A DNA stretch of 64,000 bases from a virus. The notes beneath the pieces were generated by a model. It did not search any database. It saw nothing but the letters and a program-made list of their open reading frames with translations, and was not told the origin of the DNA. Numbering within the stretch: the stretch's first letter is position 1; each line of letters begins with the position of its first letter. Positions 19,950-29,691 of the stretch are shown in pieces. Both the position numbers and the translations under genes were made by a program. The stretch is from positions 25,571 through 89,570 of IMG/VR virus record IMGVR_UViG_3300009164_000056. One strand, 5' to 3'.

Positions 19950-21568
19950 TGGAGAAAAAGATACAACATAAAGAACTTAGAGGATTACCTGGAGGCCCAA
20001 ATGAAATGCCTGTTGATGTTACAAGGGTATTTTCTACTGAAGGATATAGAATAGATAGTCCTGATGTAGATAATGATAAAAACATTATACCATCTGGATC
20101 TATTACTATGAAAGAAAAAGATGGAAGTCCTTTAAGAAAGGGTCCAATTCATGGTGTTGATAATTTAGGTAATGAACAAGTTATGTATCCTGGTTATGAC
20201 TATGAGTTTCCTGGCACTGAAGTAACAGAAACATTAATAGCCAAGATGGGTGGTGGCCTATTAGATAAAACTATCAAGTGTAGTAATTGTGGTTGGGAAT
20301 GGAAAGCTGCTGATGGTGGATCTGATATTTATGATTGTCATAAGTGTCCTGGTAAAGGTGTAGTAAAAGCACAAGCAGGAAAAGAAGTGAAAGAAAATAC
20401 TTCTTGGACAGCATATCTTAATCCAGCAAACTGGGGTACATCTAGGTATGATGATGCTGGTACATTTAAAGAAGCTTTTAGAGCAGCACGTAATGAAGGT
20501 GATTCTGATTTCTTATGGAAAGGTGATAGATATTCTACTGAATTAAAAGCTGAATCAAAAGAACCGGCTAAAGCAAAAGGAATAACACCGGAACTTTTAA
20601 TAAGACAAGCATATAGAGAATCTGCATTTAATCCTAATACTGTTTCACCTAAAGGTTATAAGGGTTTAGGTCAAATTGGAGATGGTGTAATTAAAGATTA
20701 TAAAAAGGCAAATAATATTACAGGTAATATTGATCCTTTTAATATGAAACAAAACTCCGATGTCCAAAAATATTCAATGAATGAATTATATAATTCAAGT
20801 TTTATTAATAAACCAGGTCAATCAGAAAATGTAAGATTAGCTAAAACATTAGCTTCTTATAACTGGGGCCGTGGTAATGTTATGAACTTACTAAATGATT
20901 TAAAAGAAGAAGGTGTTGACATTTATAATAGTTTAGATTGGGTTAGTAAATTACCTGAAGAACCAAGAAATTATATTAATGATATACTATTACAAAAAAA
21001 CACTACCTTTAACACTGATTTTTCTAAAGCACTGGGTAACCAAAAGAATAAACCTATAAAAAGTTTATATGGTTTTAAAGATGGTGGTGAATCAAAACCA
21101 GGACCATTAATGCAAGCATACAATAGACTACTAGCAGAAAAGAAAATGGGTGGTGCTATAGATTACAAACAAGGTGGTGGTGAAAAGAAATATTCAGAAC
21201 AAGATGGTAGATTAGTTGTAACTACAAAAAAAGTTGATACAGCAGATGGACCAAGATTTTATCAAGCCAAATCACCTGATTATAATTTTTCAATAGAATT
21301 GACAGATGCTAAAAAAGTTGGTGATTCAATACCAAGAGCTAATTTAAATCCGCGTATAATTGAAGTTTTAAATAAAAAAGAATTTGGTGGTCAATTAAAT
21401 TCTGGTAATATTACTATGTATAAAGATTATATAAAAGGTAATGTTGGGAATGAAATAGAAGCAGTAAAAAACTATGATAAACTAAATAGAATTTATTATA
21501 GTAAAGCAAAAGAGTTAGGAATGACTGTTGCAAATTACATAATGACGCATGTTGTAGGCAATTCTTAA
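19949..21568 (+). CDS. Multidomain virion protein with lytic transglycosylase (SLT-like) domain and Zn ribbon
   Basis: RESAFNPNTVSPKGYKGLGQI (catalytic Glu, GxxQ) and LASYNWGRGNV; CSNC...CHKC ribbon; FKEAFRAAR...FLWKGDRYST module. Confidence 0.8.
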   Translation: MEKKIQHKELRGLPGGPNEMPVDVTRVFSTEGYRIDSPDVDNDKNIIPSGSITMKEKDGSPLRKGPIHGVDNLGNEQVMYPGYDYEFPGTEVTETLIAKMGGGLLDKTIKCSNCGWEWKAADGGSDIYDCHKCPGKGVVKAQAGKEVKENTSWTAYLNPANWGTSRYDDAGTFKEAFRAARNEGDSDFLWKGDRYSTELKAESKEPAKAKGITPELLIRQAYRESAFNPNTVSPKGYKGLGQIGDGVIKDYKKANNITGNIDPFNMKQNSDVQKYSMNELYNSSFINKPGQSENVRLAKTLASYNWGRGNVMNLLNDLKEEGVDIYNSLDWVSKLPEEPRNYINDILLQKNTTFNTDFSKALGNQKNKPIKSLYGFKDGGESKPGPLMQAYNRLLAEKKMGGAIDYKQGGGEKKYSEQDGRLVVTTKKVDTADGPRFYQAKSPDYNFSIELTDAKKVGDSIPRANLNPRIIEVLNKKEFGGQLNSGNITMYKDYIKGNVGNEIEAVKNYDKLNRIYYSKAKELGMTVANYIMTHVVGNS

Positions 21569-21628
21569 ACCTTAAAAATTAGTAAATCTATAGATTTATT
21601 TGTATATTAATAATATAATGTAAGCACC

Positions 21629-23845
21629 GTGAAAGTAAACAAAATAAGTTTAATGCAAGAAGGAGGACAGAATACTGAACAAGTTGCAGCCCAGCCACAA
21701 CAACAATCAGTAGATCCTGCTATACAACAAATTTCAGATTATATTTCTCAAGCAATAGGTCAAGGACAGAATGCTGCGGAAGTTGTTATGGCTTTAGTTC
21801 AACAGCAAGTTGATCAACAAACTATTGGTCAAGCTTTAATGATGAATGGTTTTGAAGAAAATGATATTGCTTCTTTGTTTGAACAAATGAGTCAAGGTCA
21901 ACAACCAGAAGAACAAGTTGGTGGTGAACCAATGCCTGTTGATCAATTAGATCAAACTTCACAACAATTAACTGAAAATGAAGACATGCATGCTGATGAT
22001 ATGTCAAAAGAAGAAACACAAGAACCCGGAATGTCTATGGGTAAATCAGGAATAGAAATTAAACCTGAAAATGAAGGTAAGTTTACTAGATGGGCTCAAG
22101 CACGCGGAATGTCTGTGCAAGATGCTGCAAGTAAAGTTATGGCAAATAAAGATGAATATCCTCCAGCTGTAGTTAAGATGGCAAACTTTGCTAAGAACGC
22201 TGCTGGTTGGAAAAAAGAAGATGGTGGTGAACAGTATGATATGGGTGGTACTCCTCAAGGTAAAGTAGGAGCAGTTAACAATGTATCTGTTAATAAAGAT
22301 ATGAATTGGCAACAAGCTCCTGTGTATATTAATCCAATGGCGTTTGAATATACTAATGATAACTTTAGTTTAGGTAAAGCAGCTGCTGTTGCTTATGGTG
22401 GTTATAAAGAATTTTTAAGTGGTGCAGATGAAAATAAAGATGGTGTCAAAGACGGATTCTTTAGAGATGGTTCAAAAAAAGCAGGGATAAGAGATGCCAC
22501 TAAAGGTAATTATTATAATTATAAAATTACCCAAGATGCTAATGATACAAATAAATACGTAGCAGACAATACAGATTTATTTAATGCATCAAAAGATAAA
22601 GGAAATTTAAGAACAATTGATCAATATGGTAAAGATGTAGCAAGTAATTCTAGATTTAATTATGATACTAAAACACATGATTATAATTCTATTATTAGCA
22701 GTAGACCTATAGATGAAAGAATTTATGACTCAGCTGCTCAAAAAAATGCAATAGCAGGTAAAGATTATAACTACTTAGCTAGCATGGATAAAGATACCAA
22801 AGCTATGATTATGAGTGGTAAAGATGATCCTACTGGAACTAGAATAGGTATTGATGAAAAAGGTAATGGTATGTCATATATGCCCGGTGCAGATAATCCA
22901 TATGAGTATAATACATATATGGGTATTAATAAAGTTGGTCAAAATACAATGATACCTACTGGAAACAATGGTCAACCCATAGCTGGTATGACTAATACTC
23001 AACCATCAGTATTGGCTGTTGCACCTTCTACTACTCCACCTAATGTACCACAAAAATCATTTAAAGATTGGTATGTTACAGGAGATGCTGTAAGAAATCA
23101 AGGTAAAAATCAAGAACAACTTCAATCTGAGTATGACGCTTACCTTAAACAAGGATTTAAATATGGTGGTGACTTAGACAAAGCTCAAATGGGTCCTCCT
23201 GAATGGTTAGCTGGTTTAGCAAATCAAAATTCATTTTATGATCCAATGCAACAACAAGGAATAAATAGTTTCTTTAGTAATATGGGTCAAACAGATTATA
23301 TGTCAGATACACAAGCTGTAGCTGATGCTCAATTACAAAAACAAAATCCAGCATTAGGAGCAACTCCGCAACAACAACAAATGCAAAATATGTTTACTCC
23401 CCAACAAGGCAGTCCAACATTTAATGCACCAACAAAACCAGCTGCACCAACATTTGAACCACCAAAAGTAGAAAGAACAAATAAGTTTGAAGGTGGGATG
23501 AATAGACTAGCCGATAGTCCTGTAGTACAAGGTTATGGAAAATTGTCTAACTTTGCCGTTAAAGGTGCTGATGTTATTAATGATTGGTTTAGAGATAAAA
23601 ATGTTAATCAAGCAAGAGAAGATAATTTTAATAAATTAGGTGCTGATTATCAATATGCTACAGCAGAAGATCCTTTTAATAAAAGAGGAATGTGGGATGT
23701 TAATACTGGAACTGCAGGTAGTGAAGGAGATAGAACAGTTGGTTTATACATGAGCAAATACGGTGGTGAAAACAATACTGTAAATGTTGATTCAAATATA
23801 TTAGCAAAATTAATTGCAGCGGGAGCTGACATTGAAATATTATAA
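21629..23845 (+). CDS. Gln-rich putative capsid cargo protein
   Basis: GTG start; low-complexity Q/P segments; IEIKPENEGKFT...ANFAKNA module; several xxxGG motifs. Confidence 0.65.
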   Translation: MKVNKISLMQEGGQNTEQVAAQPQQQSVDPAIQQISDYISQAIGQGQNAAEVVMALVQQQVDQQTIGQALMMNGFEENDIASLFEQMSQGQQPEEQVGGEPMPVDQLDQTSQQLTENEDMHADDMSKEETQEPGMSMGKSGIEIKPENEGKFTRWAQARGMSVQDAASKVMANKDEYPPAVVKMANFAKNAAGWKKEDGGEQYDMGGTPQGKVGAVNNVSVNKDMNWQQAPVYINPMAFEYTNDNFSLGKAAAVAYGGYKEFLSGADENKDGVKDGFFRDGSKKAGIRDATKGNYYNYKITQDANDTNKYVADNTDLFNASKDKGNLRTIDQYGKDVASNSRFNYDTKTHDYNSIISSRPIDERIYDSAAQKNAIAGKDYNYLASMDKDTKAMIMSGKDDPTGTRIGIDEKGNGMSYMPGADNPYEYNTYMGINKVGQNTMIPTGNNGQPIAGMTNTQPSVLAVAPSTTPPNVPQKSFKDWYVTGDAVRNQGKNQEQLQSEYDAYLKQGFKYGGDLDKAQMGPPEWLAGLANQNSFYDPMQQQGINSFFSNMGQTDYMSDTQAVADAQLQKQNPALGATPQQQQMQNMFTPQQGSPTFNAPTKPAAPTFEPPKVERTNKFEGGMNRLADSPVVQGYGKLSNFAVKGADVINDWFRDKNVNQAREDNFNKLGADYQYATAEDPFNKRGMWDVNTGTAGSEGDRTVGLYMSKYGGENNTVNVDSNILAKLIAAGADIEIL

Positions 23846-23847
23846 CT

Positions 23848-26403
23848 ATGGCAAAAATTAAAATAAATAGTTTACCTGCAGGCTTTAAATTAGTTAATGG
23901 TAAAATAGAAGAAGATCAAATAATGAAAGAAGGTGGCTATGTAACTGGTGACCAAGCTGGTTATGGATTAGTTACTCTACCACAGGAGTATTATAATAAT
24001 GCTAATATAAATACTACAAGAGATGAATCTGTAAGATATAGTTTATCTGGCGTACCTAGGGACAAAGCAAACATTGAAGCTGAAGGTGGTGAAACTGTGT
24101 TAACTGATTTAAACAATGACAATCAATTTGGTCTATATAATATAACTGGACCAAGACACTCTAAAGGTGGTGTGCCAATGTTTTTACCAGAACAATCTTT
24201 TATTTATTCTGATACAGATAAAATGAGATTTAATCAAGAAGAATTAGCTGAGTATGGTATTGAAACCAAATTAAAAATGACTCCTGCTCAAGTATCTAAA
24301 AAATATGATCTTAATAAATACTATGGTGCTATGAAAGATCAATTTGCAGATGATATAACTTCACGTAGTTCTGAAATAATGTTAAAGAAAAATATGATGG
24401 GATTATCTAAATTAGCATTTGGTCAAGAACTTAAAAAGAAATTTGAAGATGGTGTGCCTTTAGCGGCTCATCCATACTTAGTTTCTATTGGAGAAGATCC
24501 AATTGAGTTTACTGCAAAAGTAGAAAACATTACTAAGAAGCAAGCTCAGATGAAAGCATTTGCTGCTTTGTCTCCTGAACAACAACAACAATTATTACAG
24601 TTGCAAGAAATGATGGCTCAAGTTGATGGTCAACAACCTCAACAACAAGAACAATCTTTTGAAGATCCTTCAATGCAAGATCCTGGTATGCAAGAACAAC
24701 AATTAGCTATGGCTGATCAAGATGTTATGGCTATGGGTGAAGAAGGAATGGCAAGATATGGTAGAGAAATTGGAATGTACCAAGATGGTAAAGAAAAACC
24801 TGTTAATCCTTTTCCTAAAGATGATCCTAATTATGCTAAGGTTCAAGAAATGATTGACTCTGGTAAATATGAAATGACTAAAGGAGCTGTTGTAAATGGT
24901 AAACAGATGTATAAATTTAAAGAAATTTCAACTGAAGATCCTAAATTTAAAGCAGATAAAGAAGCTCAACTAAAAAAAGAAAAAATTTCAGGCAAAGATC
25001 AAAAAGGACAAGGATCAACATCAATTTATGAAGAAGGTATTTCTGGTCAAGAACGAGCAATAAATGAAAGTCCTATTGGTTATTATATACCTGGTAGATT
25101 ATCACAAGGTACTAGACCTTCATTTCAAAATAAAGCAAGTGATAAAGCATATGGTTCAGCTGATATTGCAACTCCAGAATCACAAGCAGATTTTGAAGCT
25201 AGATGGAGTGATGTTATAGCACAAATACCTGGATTTGATTATAATAAACCTTTACCTAAAAATGCTAAAGGTGAAACATTAGCAGATCCTCAATGGACTC
25301 AGTTTCAAAAATTAGCAGAAGAAACAAGAAGAAAAGAACATATTGCTGCATTTGGAAATGATAAAGATTATGTACCATACTTTAAAGATAAAATAATAAA
25401 AGATGAAGACAAAGGAAAAGGTTTTGATGGTAAGATAGGATTGCATACTTATAATGCTCCACGTTTTAAACTAAATCCAGTAAAACCCGGTGATGTTGAA
25501 TTTGGTCTTGATATACCAGAACCAAAAAGACCAGATCTAGAAATTACTCCAATTAAAGAGTATATACAACCTGAAGGACAATGGTGGGCACAAGATGTTA
25601 ATAACTTAAATGCTTTAAGTTTAGTTGATGATAATTTGTATTTACCATGGGCACCAGATGCTGCACCTGCTAAAATAGATTATGTATTAGATGATTGGAG
25701 AAGTAATGCTAATGCAAATTTAGCAGCTGCAAATACTATGGCCGGAGCATTAGGTGCTGCCGGTGGACCACAAGCTGTAGCTACTTCAAACATTCAGGGT
25801 ACTGCACTTGAAGGTATTGCTCAAGGTATTAATAGAGTCAATACTAATAATGTTGGCATAATGAATCAAGTAGCTCCAATGCAAGCACAATTAGATATGC
25901 AAGTTAATGGTATTAACCAAGCTAGGAATACTAAAGTTTATGATGATACTCAAAAAACATTGCAGAATCATGACAACTTTAAAAATTGGAAGATTGGTAA
26001 AGAAGCAGAACTCTTTAATACAGCACTTACTAATAGAGCTAATACATATAATTTAAATTCAACTTATGATAATTATTCAATTGATCCTACAACAGGTGGT
26101 CCTATTTATTATAAAAATAGTAAAGCCTTGCAGAAAGTTGGAAAAGAACCTGATAGACAAAAAATACTATTAGATTCATATGCTGAACTAAAGAAAAATT
26201 TAGGACCAGATCAAAAGGTTGATTTAGATTTCTTAAAAATGTATATGGGCATGAGTCCATCTGCTAACACTGATATAACTAATGCTCAATTAGAAATGCA
26301 AAAAAGAGGTACGCCAATGGGATATCCACAAGCTCAACTTAAATCAGGAAAAGAAATAAAAAGGATGGTAGTACCATTCTACACAGGAAAGATGGGAGCA
26401 TAA
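23848..26403 (+). CDS. Putative capsid cargo protein
   Basis: ANIEAEGGET...GPRHSKGGVP domain; Q-rich linker; Ala/Asn-rich helical C-terminus; lies before the giant virion genes. Confidence 0.65.
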   Translation: MAKIKINSLPAGFKLVNGKIEEDQIMKEGGYVTGDQAGYGLVTLPQEYYNNANINTTRDESVRYSLSGVPRDKANIEAEGGETVLTDLNNDNQFGLYNITGPRHSKGGVPMFLPEQSFIYSDTDKMRFNQEELAEYGIETKLKMTPAQVSKKYDLNKYYGAMKDQFADDITSRSSEIMLKKNMMGLSKLAFGQELKKKFEDGVPLAAHPYLVSIGEDPIEFTAKVENITKKQAQMKAFAALSPEQQQQLLQLQEMMAQVDGQQPQQQEQSFEDPSMQDPGMQEQQLAMADQDVMAMGEEGMARYGREIGMYQDGKEKPVNPFPKDDPNYAKVQEMIDSGKYEMTKGAVVNGKQMYKFKEISTEDPKFKADKEAQLKKEKISGKDQKGQGSTSIYEEGISGQERAINESPIGYYIPGRLSQGTRPSFQNKASDKAYGSADIATPESQADFEARWSDVIAQIPGFDYNKPLPKNAKGETLADPQWTQFQKLAEETRRKEHIAAFGNDKDYVPYFKDKIIKDEDKGKGFDGKIGLHTYNAPRFKLNPVKPGDVEFGLDIPEPKRPDLEITPIKEYIQPEGQWWAQDVNNLNALSLVDDNLYLPWAPDAAPAKIDYVLDDWRSNANANLAAANTMAGALGAAGGPQAVATSNIQGTALEGIAQGINRVNTNNVGIMNQVAPMQAQLDMQVNGINQARNTKVYDDTQKTLQNHDNFKNWKIGKEAELFNTALTNRANTYNLNSTYDNYSIDPTTGGPIYYKNSKALQKVGKEPDRQKILLDSYAELKKNLGPDQKVDLDFLKMYMGMSPSANTDITNAQLEMQKRGTPMGYPQAQLKSGKEIKRMVVPFYTGKMGA

Positions 26404-26462
26404 ACTTAAAAAGTTTTATGATTTATCTTGTTAAACTTAATAAATTTTAGTAATTTACAATT

Positions 26463-29400
26463 ATGGCAACATACGTACCAGGAGTAGAAACATATTTACC
26501 AGACATTAAACCGTTTACACCAGACTATAAATTTTTGTCTGCTGTACTTGATATAAGACAGGATAAATATAACACTAATTGGAAGGCAACTAATGACCTT
26601 TACAATAAAATAGTCTATGCAGATTTGTCTAGAACAGATACCAAAGAACAAAGAGATCAATATATAAATCAATTAGCTCCATCTTTAGAGAAGATCTCAG
26701 GGATGGATTTATCATTGGCACAAAATGTAGATGCTGCTAAATCAGTATTTGCACCATTCTTTGAAGATGATTTAATAGTAAGTGATATTATGCATACCAC
26801 TAACTATAGAAAAGAAATGGATTATGCAAATAGACTTATTGATTCTCCTGATCAAAAGCAAAGAGAAAAGTATTCTCAAGATGGGGTAAAAGGTTTACAA
26901 TACCACATGGAGGACTTTATAAATGCTGCTCCTGATAAAGCAATGAAAATGGGGTTACCTAAATTTACTGAAGATGCTGATTTAATAGAATTATCACAAG
27001 AGGTTTTAGGTGCAATGAAACCACCTTTGAAAATGAAGGTAGATCATTATGGTGTAAATCCTGATGGTTCAGTAAATACTGATTGGATTATTACAGAACA
27101 AAATGGTAATTTAGTTACTGGTCCTGCATTACAATATATTCAGAAAGCTTTATTAGATGATCCAAGAGTTGTAAGACATTATCAAAATCAAGCGTTTGTA
27201 AGAGGTAGAGATTTTGCTGCAGAAGGTATGGCCAGCGGAATGTTTACTAGTAAAGAAGAAGGTCAAGCTGCTTGGGCATCTGAAACTATCAATAGAATAA
27301 ATAAACAAAATGAGTACTATGTAAAGAAAGACATTAAAGCTTTAGCGTTAGCTCAAGATGTGAATGTTAGATGGGATAACTATCAAGCTTCTAATGGTAT
27401 TGTTCCAGGTTCTGATGATGAAAAAGCAATGCTTGGACAACGTTCATCTTATGAAGCTACTAAAGCAGCTTTAGATGCAAAGTTAAATATTCAGAAAACA
27501 GCTAATGCACCCGTTAAAGATTTTGAAGGTACATTGAATAAAGCTTATAATCTTTTAATGCAGAATAACATATCTAAAGATATGCAAGCTGCTGCTCAAG
27601 CATATGGTGCTAGAGATATGGAGTATACAATGAAGGTTAATGACTATGCTAAACAAAGAAAAGATTTTGAATATGACTTAGCTAAAATTGAAAGACAACA
27701 TCAAAATGCAATTGAGTTAGCTAATGTTAAAGGTCAAATTGATTTTGATTTAGCTAAAGCAAAAGGAGAAATTCCAACTGAAAACCCTTTACTAAAGGCA
27801 TTATTAAATGGTGCACCTACTGTTGGTGGTGCTCAAAATTCAAATTATCCAGTTGGTCCTGATGGATTAGCAGATAAAAATACAAATATGTATTTAATGG
27901 CAAGCAAAGAGTATGGTGAATTAAGAACTCCAGTTAGAGAGAAACAACTTGATGCTGCTACTAGTGTATTAACATTTTTAAATCCTGCGGGAGAAATAGA
28001 TAATGCTGGTAAACCTACACAAAAATATACAGTAAAAGTAGAGGGTCAAAATTTTACAGGAACAATTGATCAAATAAAAAATAAGCTTGGTACTAAAAAT
28101 ACAGATGGTACTTTTAAGTATAGAACAGATATAGATGATTTATATCAACAACAATCTGCAATATTGAATGATCCAAAACAAATGGCTAAGTATCCTGGTA
28201 AAGCTAAGACAGATACTTATAAAAATTTGTATGCACAAATATATTCTGATCAAGGAATTAATAATCAAGTTCAAGTACTTGATCAAACAATTAATACTTT
28301 AACAACTAAGTATAAAAAAACACATGATGGAGTTGTAGAGTTAGTTAAAGGTGAAGATAGTAAGGTTAAAGAGTTAATGGAAAAAGGAGGGATGCCCGGT
28401 ATATTTGAAACAACAGCATCTGGTTTTAATCAAGAACTTTCTAAATCAGAATATATTGCTAAAGTAGCAAAATTAGCATCACAAGGAAAAGTAAAAAATA
28501 TAGATCTTCCAGGATGGGATACTGGTACAAGTAATAGTAATTATATGCATACTGTTACAAAAGGTACCGGTGAATATTATTCAACTAGAGATGGTGAAGG
28601 TGGTAGTATACAAAAAGAAAGACAGACAACTGTTACTGAATTAGATATGAGTGCTATTGAAGCTGAAGCAGGCAGGGTATATGATGCAATTAAAACAAAA
28701 AGTAATAGTGCTTTAACGGGGCATCTTGGTAATAAGTTTGAAACTGCAACTTATAAAGGTCTTTTATTTGGAAAAACAGGTGCTTCTGAAATAACTACAG
28801 CACCAGTTTATAGATCTGTTGTTGATCCTTTAGTTGCTTCCTCAGAAGGTCAAACTACCTTAGCTCAAATGGTAACGCAAAAGAATATGTTAGATTCACA
28901 AGGTGGTGGTTATTCAATAGTCCTTGGTAATTTATCAGATAAAAAAGATGCTAAATCTATAGGTAATGATGCATTGGCTGCTAAAGCTTACAATGCTTAT
29001 ATAGCTGATATGACAACATGGTTAGGTAATCCTAAACGTAGTAATGATGCAGGTAATTCTCCAAGAGCAACTATTACATATTCTGGTACATTGGGTGCTA
29101 CAGGAGACGGAAATAAAACCACAGCCGGATATACTATTGATGGATTTAATGAATGGCTATCTAGTAAAGTTAAAGGTTCAGTAACAGAATCAAGTGGTGC
29201 TGCAGGTGAATATGGTTTATTTAGCAAATCAGAAGTAGAACAATTACGTAATGGAATTAGTATGGTGTTTGATAAAGGACAAGATATTAATCCTAGATCT
29301 AGTAATAGACAATACTATTCTAAAACATTAGCGGCTGTTGAAGCTAGTCCTGACAAATATGTAGAATATAATTATGGTGGAGTAGATGGTATGACACCAA

Positions 29401-29654
29401 CTGGAACATATAGAATTGTTAAAACAGGAACAGATCAGTTTTATGCTACATATAAATATAATACTTATCAACCTAATGGAACATATACCACAAGTGATTG
29501 GCAACAAATTCCTATAGAAATGGGTTCTTTTAATGCAGCTCAATCAATTGATGCGCAAGTACAAAAAATGAAAGAAACATTTGAAATTAAAAGACAAATG
29601 AACTTAGATGATTATAATAAAAACTCTGCTGTTAACGGAAGAAAAAATAAATAA
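26463..29654 (+). CDS. Large virion (ejection/cargo) protein
   Basis: 1063 aa with a helical N-terminal half; directly upstream of the vRNAP gene. Confidence 0.6.
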   Translation: MATYVPGVETYLPDIKPFTPDYKFLSAVLDIRQDKYNTNWKATNDLYNKIVYADLSRTDTKEQRDQYINQLAPSLEKISGMDLSLAQNVDAAKSVFAPFFEDDLIVSDIMHTTNYRKEMDYANRLIDSPDQKQREKYSQDGVKGLQYHMEDFINAAPDKAMKMGLPKFTEDADLIELSQEVLGAMKPPLKMKVDHYGVNPDGSVNTDWIITEQNGNLVTGPALQYIQKALLDDPRVVRHYQNQAFVRGRDFAAEGMASGMFTSKEEGQAAWASETINRINKQNEYYVKKDIKALALAQDVNVRWDNYQASNGIVPGSDDEKAMLGQRSSYEATKAALDAKLNIQKTANAPVKDFEGTLNKAYNLLMQNNISKDMQAAAQAYGARDMEYTMKVNDYAKQRKDFEYDLAKIERQHQNAIELANVKGQIDFDLAKAKGEIPTENPLLKALLNGAPTVGGAQNSNYPVGPDGLADKNTNMYLMASKEYGELRTPVREKQLDAATSVLTFLNPAGEIDNAGKPTQKYTVKVEGQNFTGTIDQIKNKLGTKNTDGTFKYRTDIDDLYQQQSAILNDPKQMAKYPGKAKTDTYKNLYAQIYSDQGINNQVQVLDQTINTLTTKYKKTHDGVVELVKGEDSKVKELMEKGGMPGIFETTASGFNQELSKSEYIAKVAKLASQGKVKNIDLPGWDTGTSNSNYMHTVTKGTGEYYSTRDGEGGSIQKERQTTVTELDMSAIEAEAGRVYDAIKTKSNSALTGHLGNKFETATYKGLLFGKTGASEITTAPVYRSVVDPLVASSEGQTTLAQMVTQKNMLDSQGGGYSIVLGNLSDKKDAKSIGNDALAAKAYNAYIADMTTWLGNPKRSNDAGNSPRATITYSGTLGATGDGNKTTAGYTIDGFNEWLSSKVKGSVTESSGAAGEYGLFSKSEVEQLRNGISMVFDKGQDINPRSSNRQYYSKTLAAVEASPDKYVEYNYGGVDGMTPTGTYRIVKTGTDQFYATYKYNTYQPNGTYTTSDWQQIPIEMGSFNAAQSIDAQVQKMKETFEIKRQMNLDDYNKNSAVNGRKNK

Positions 29655-29691
29655 TCACTACATTTACAAAAAATAATTCAGGTACTAATAC

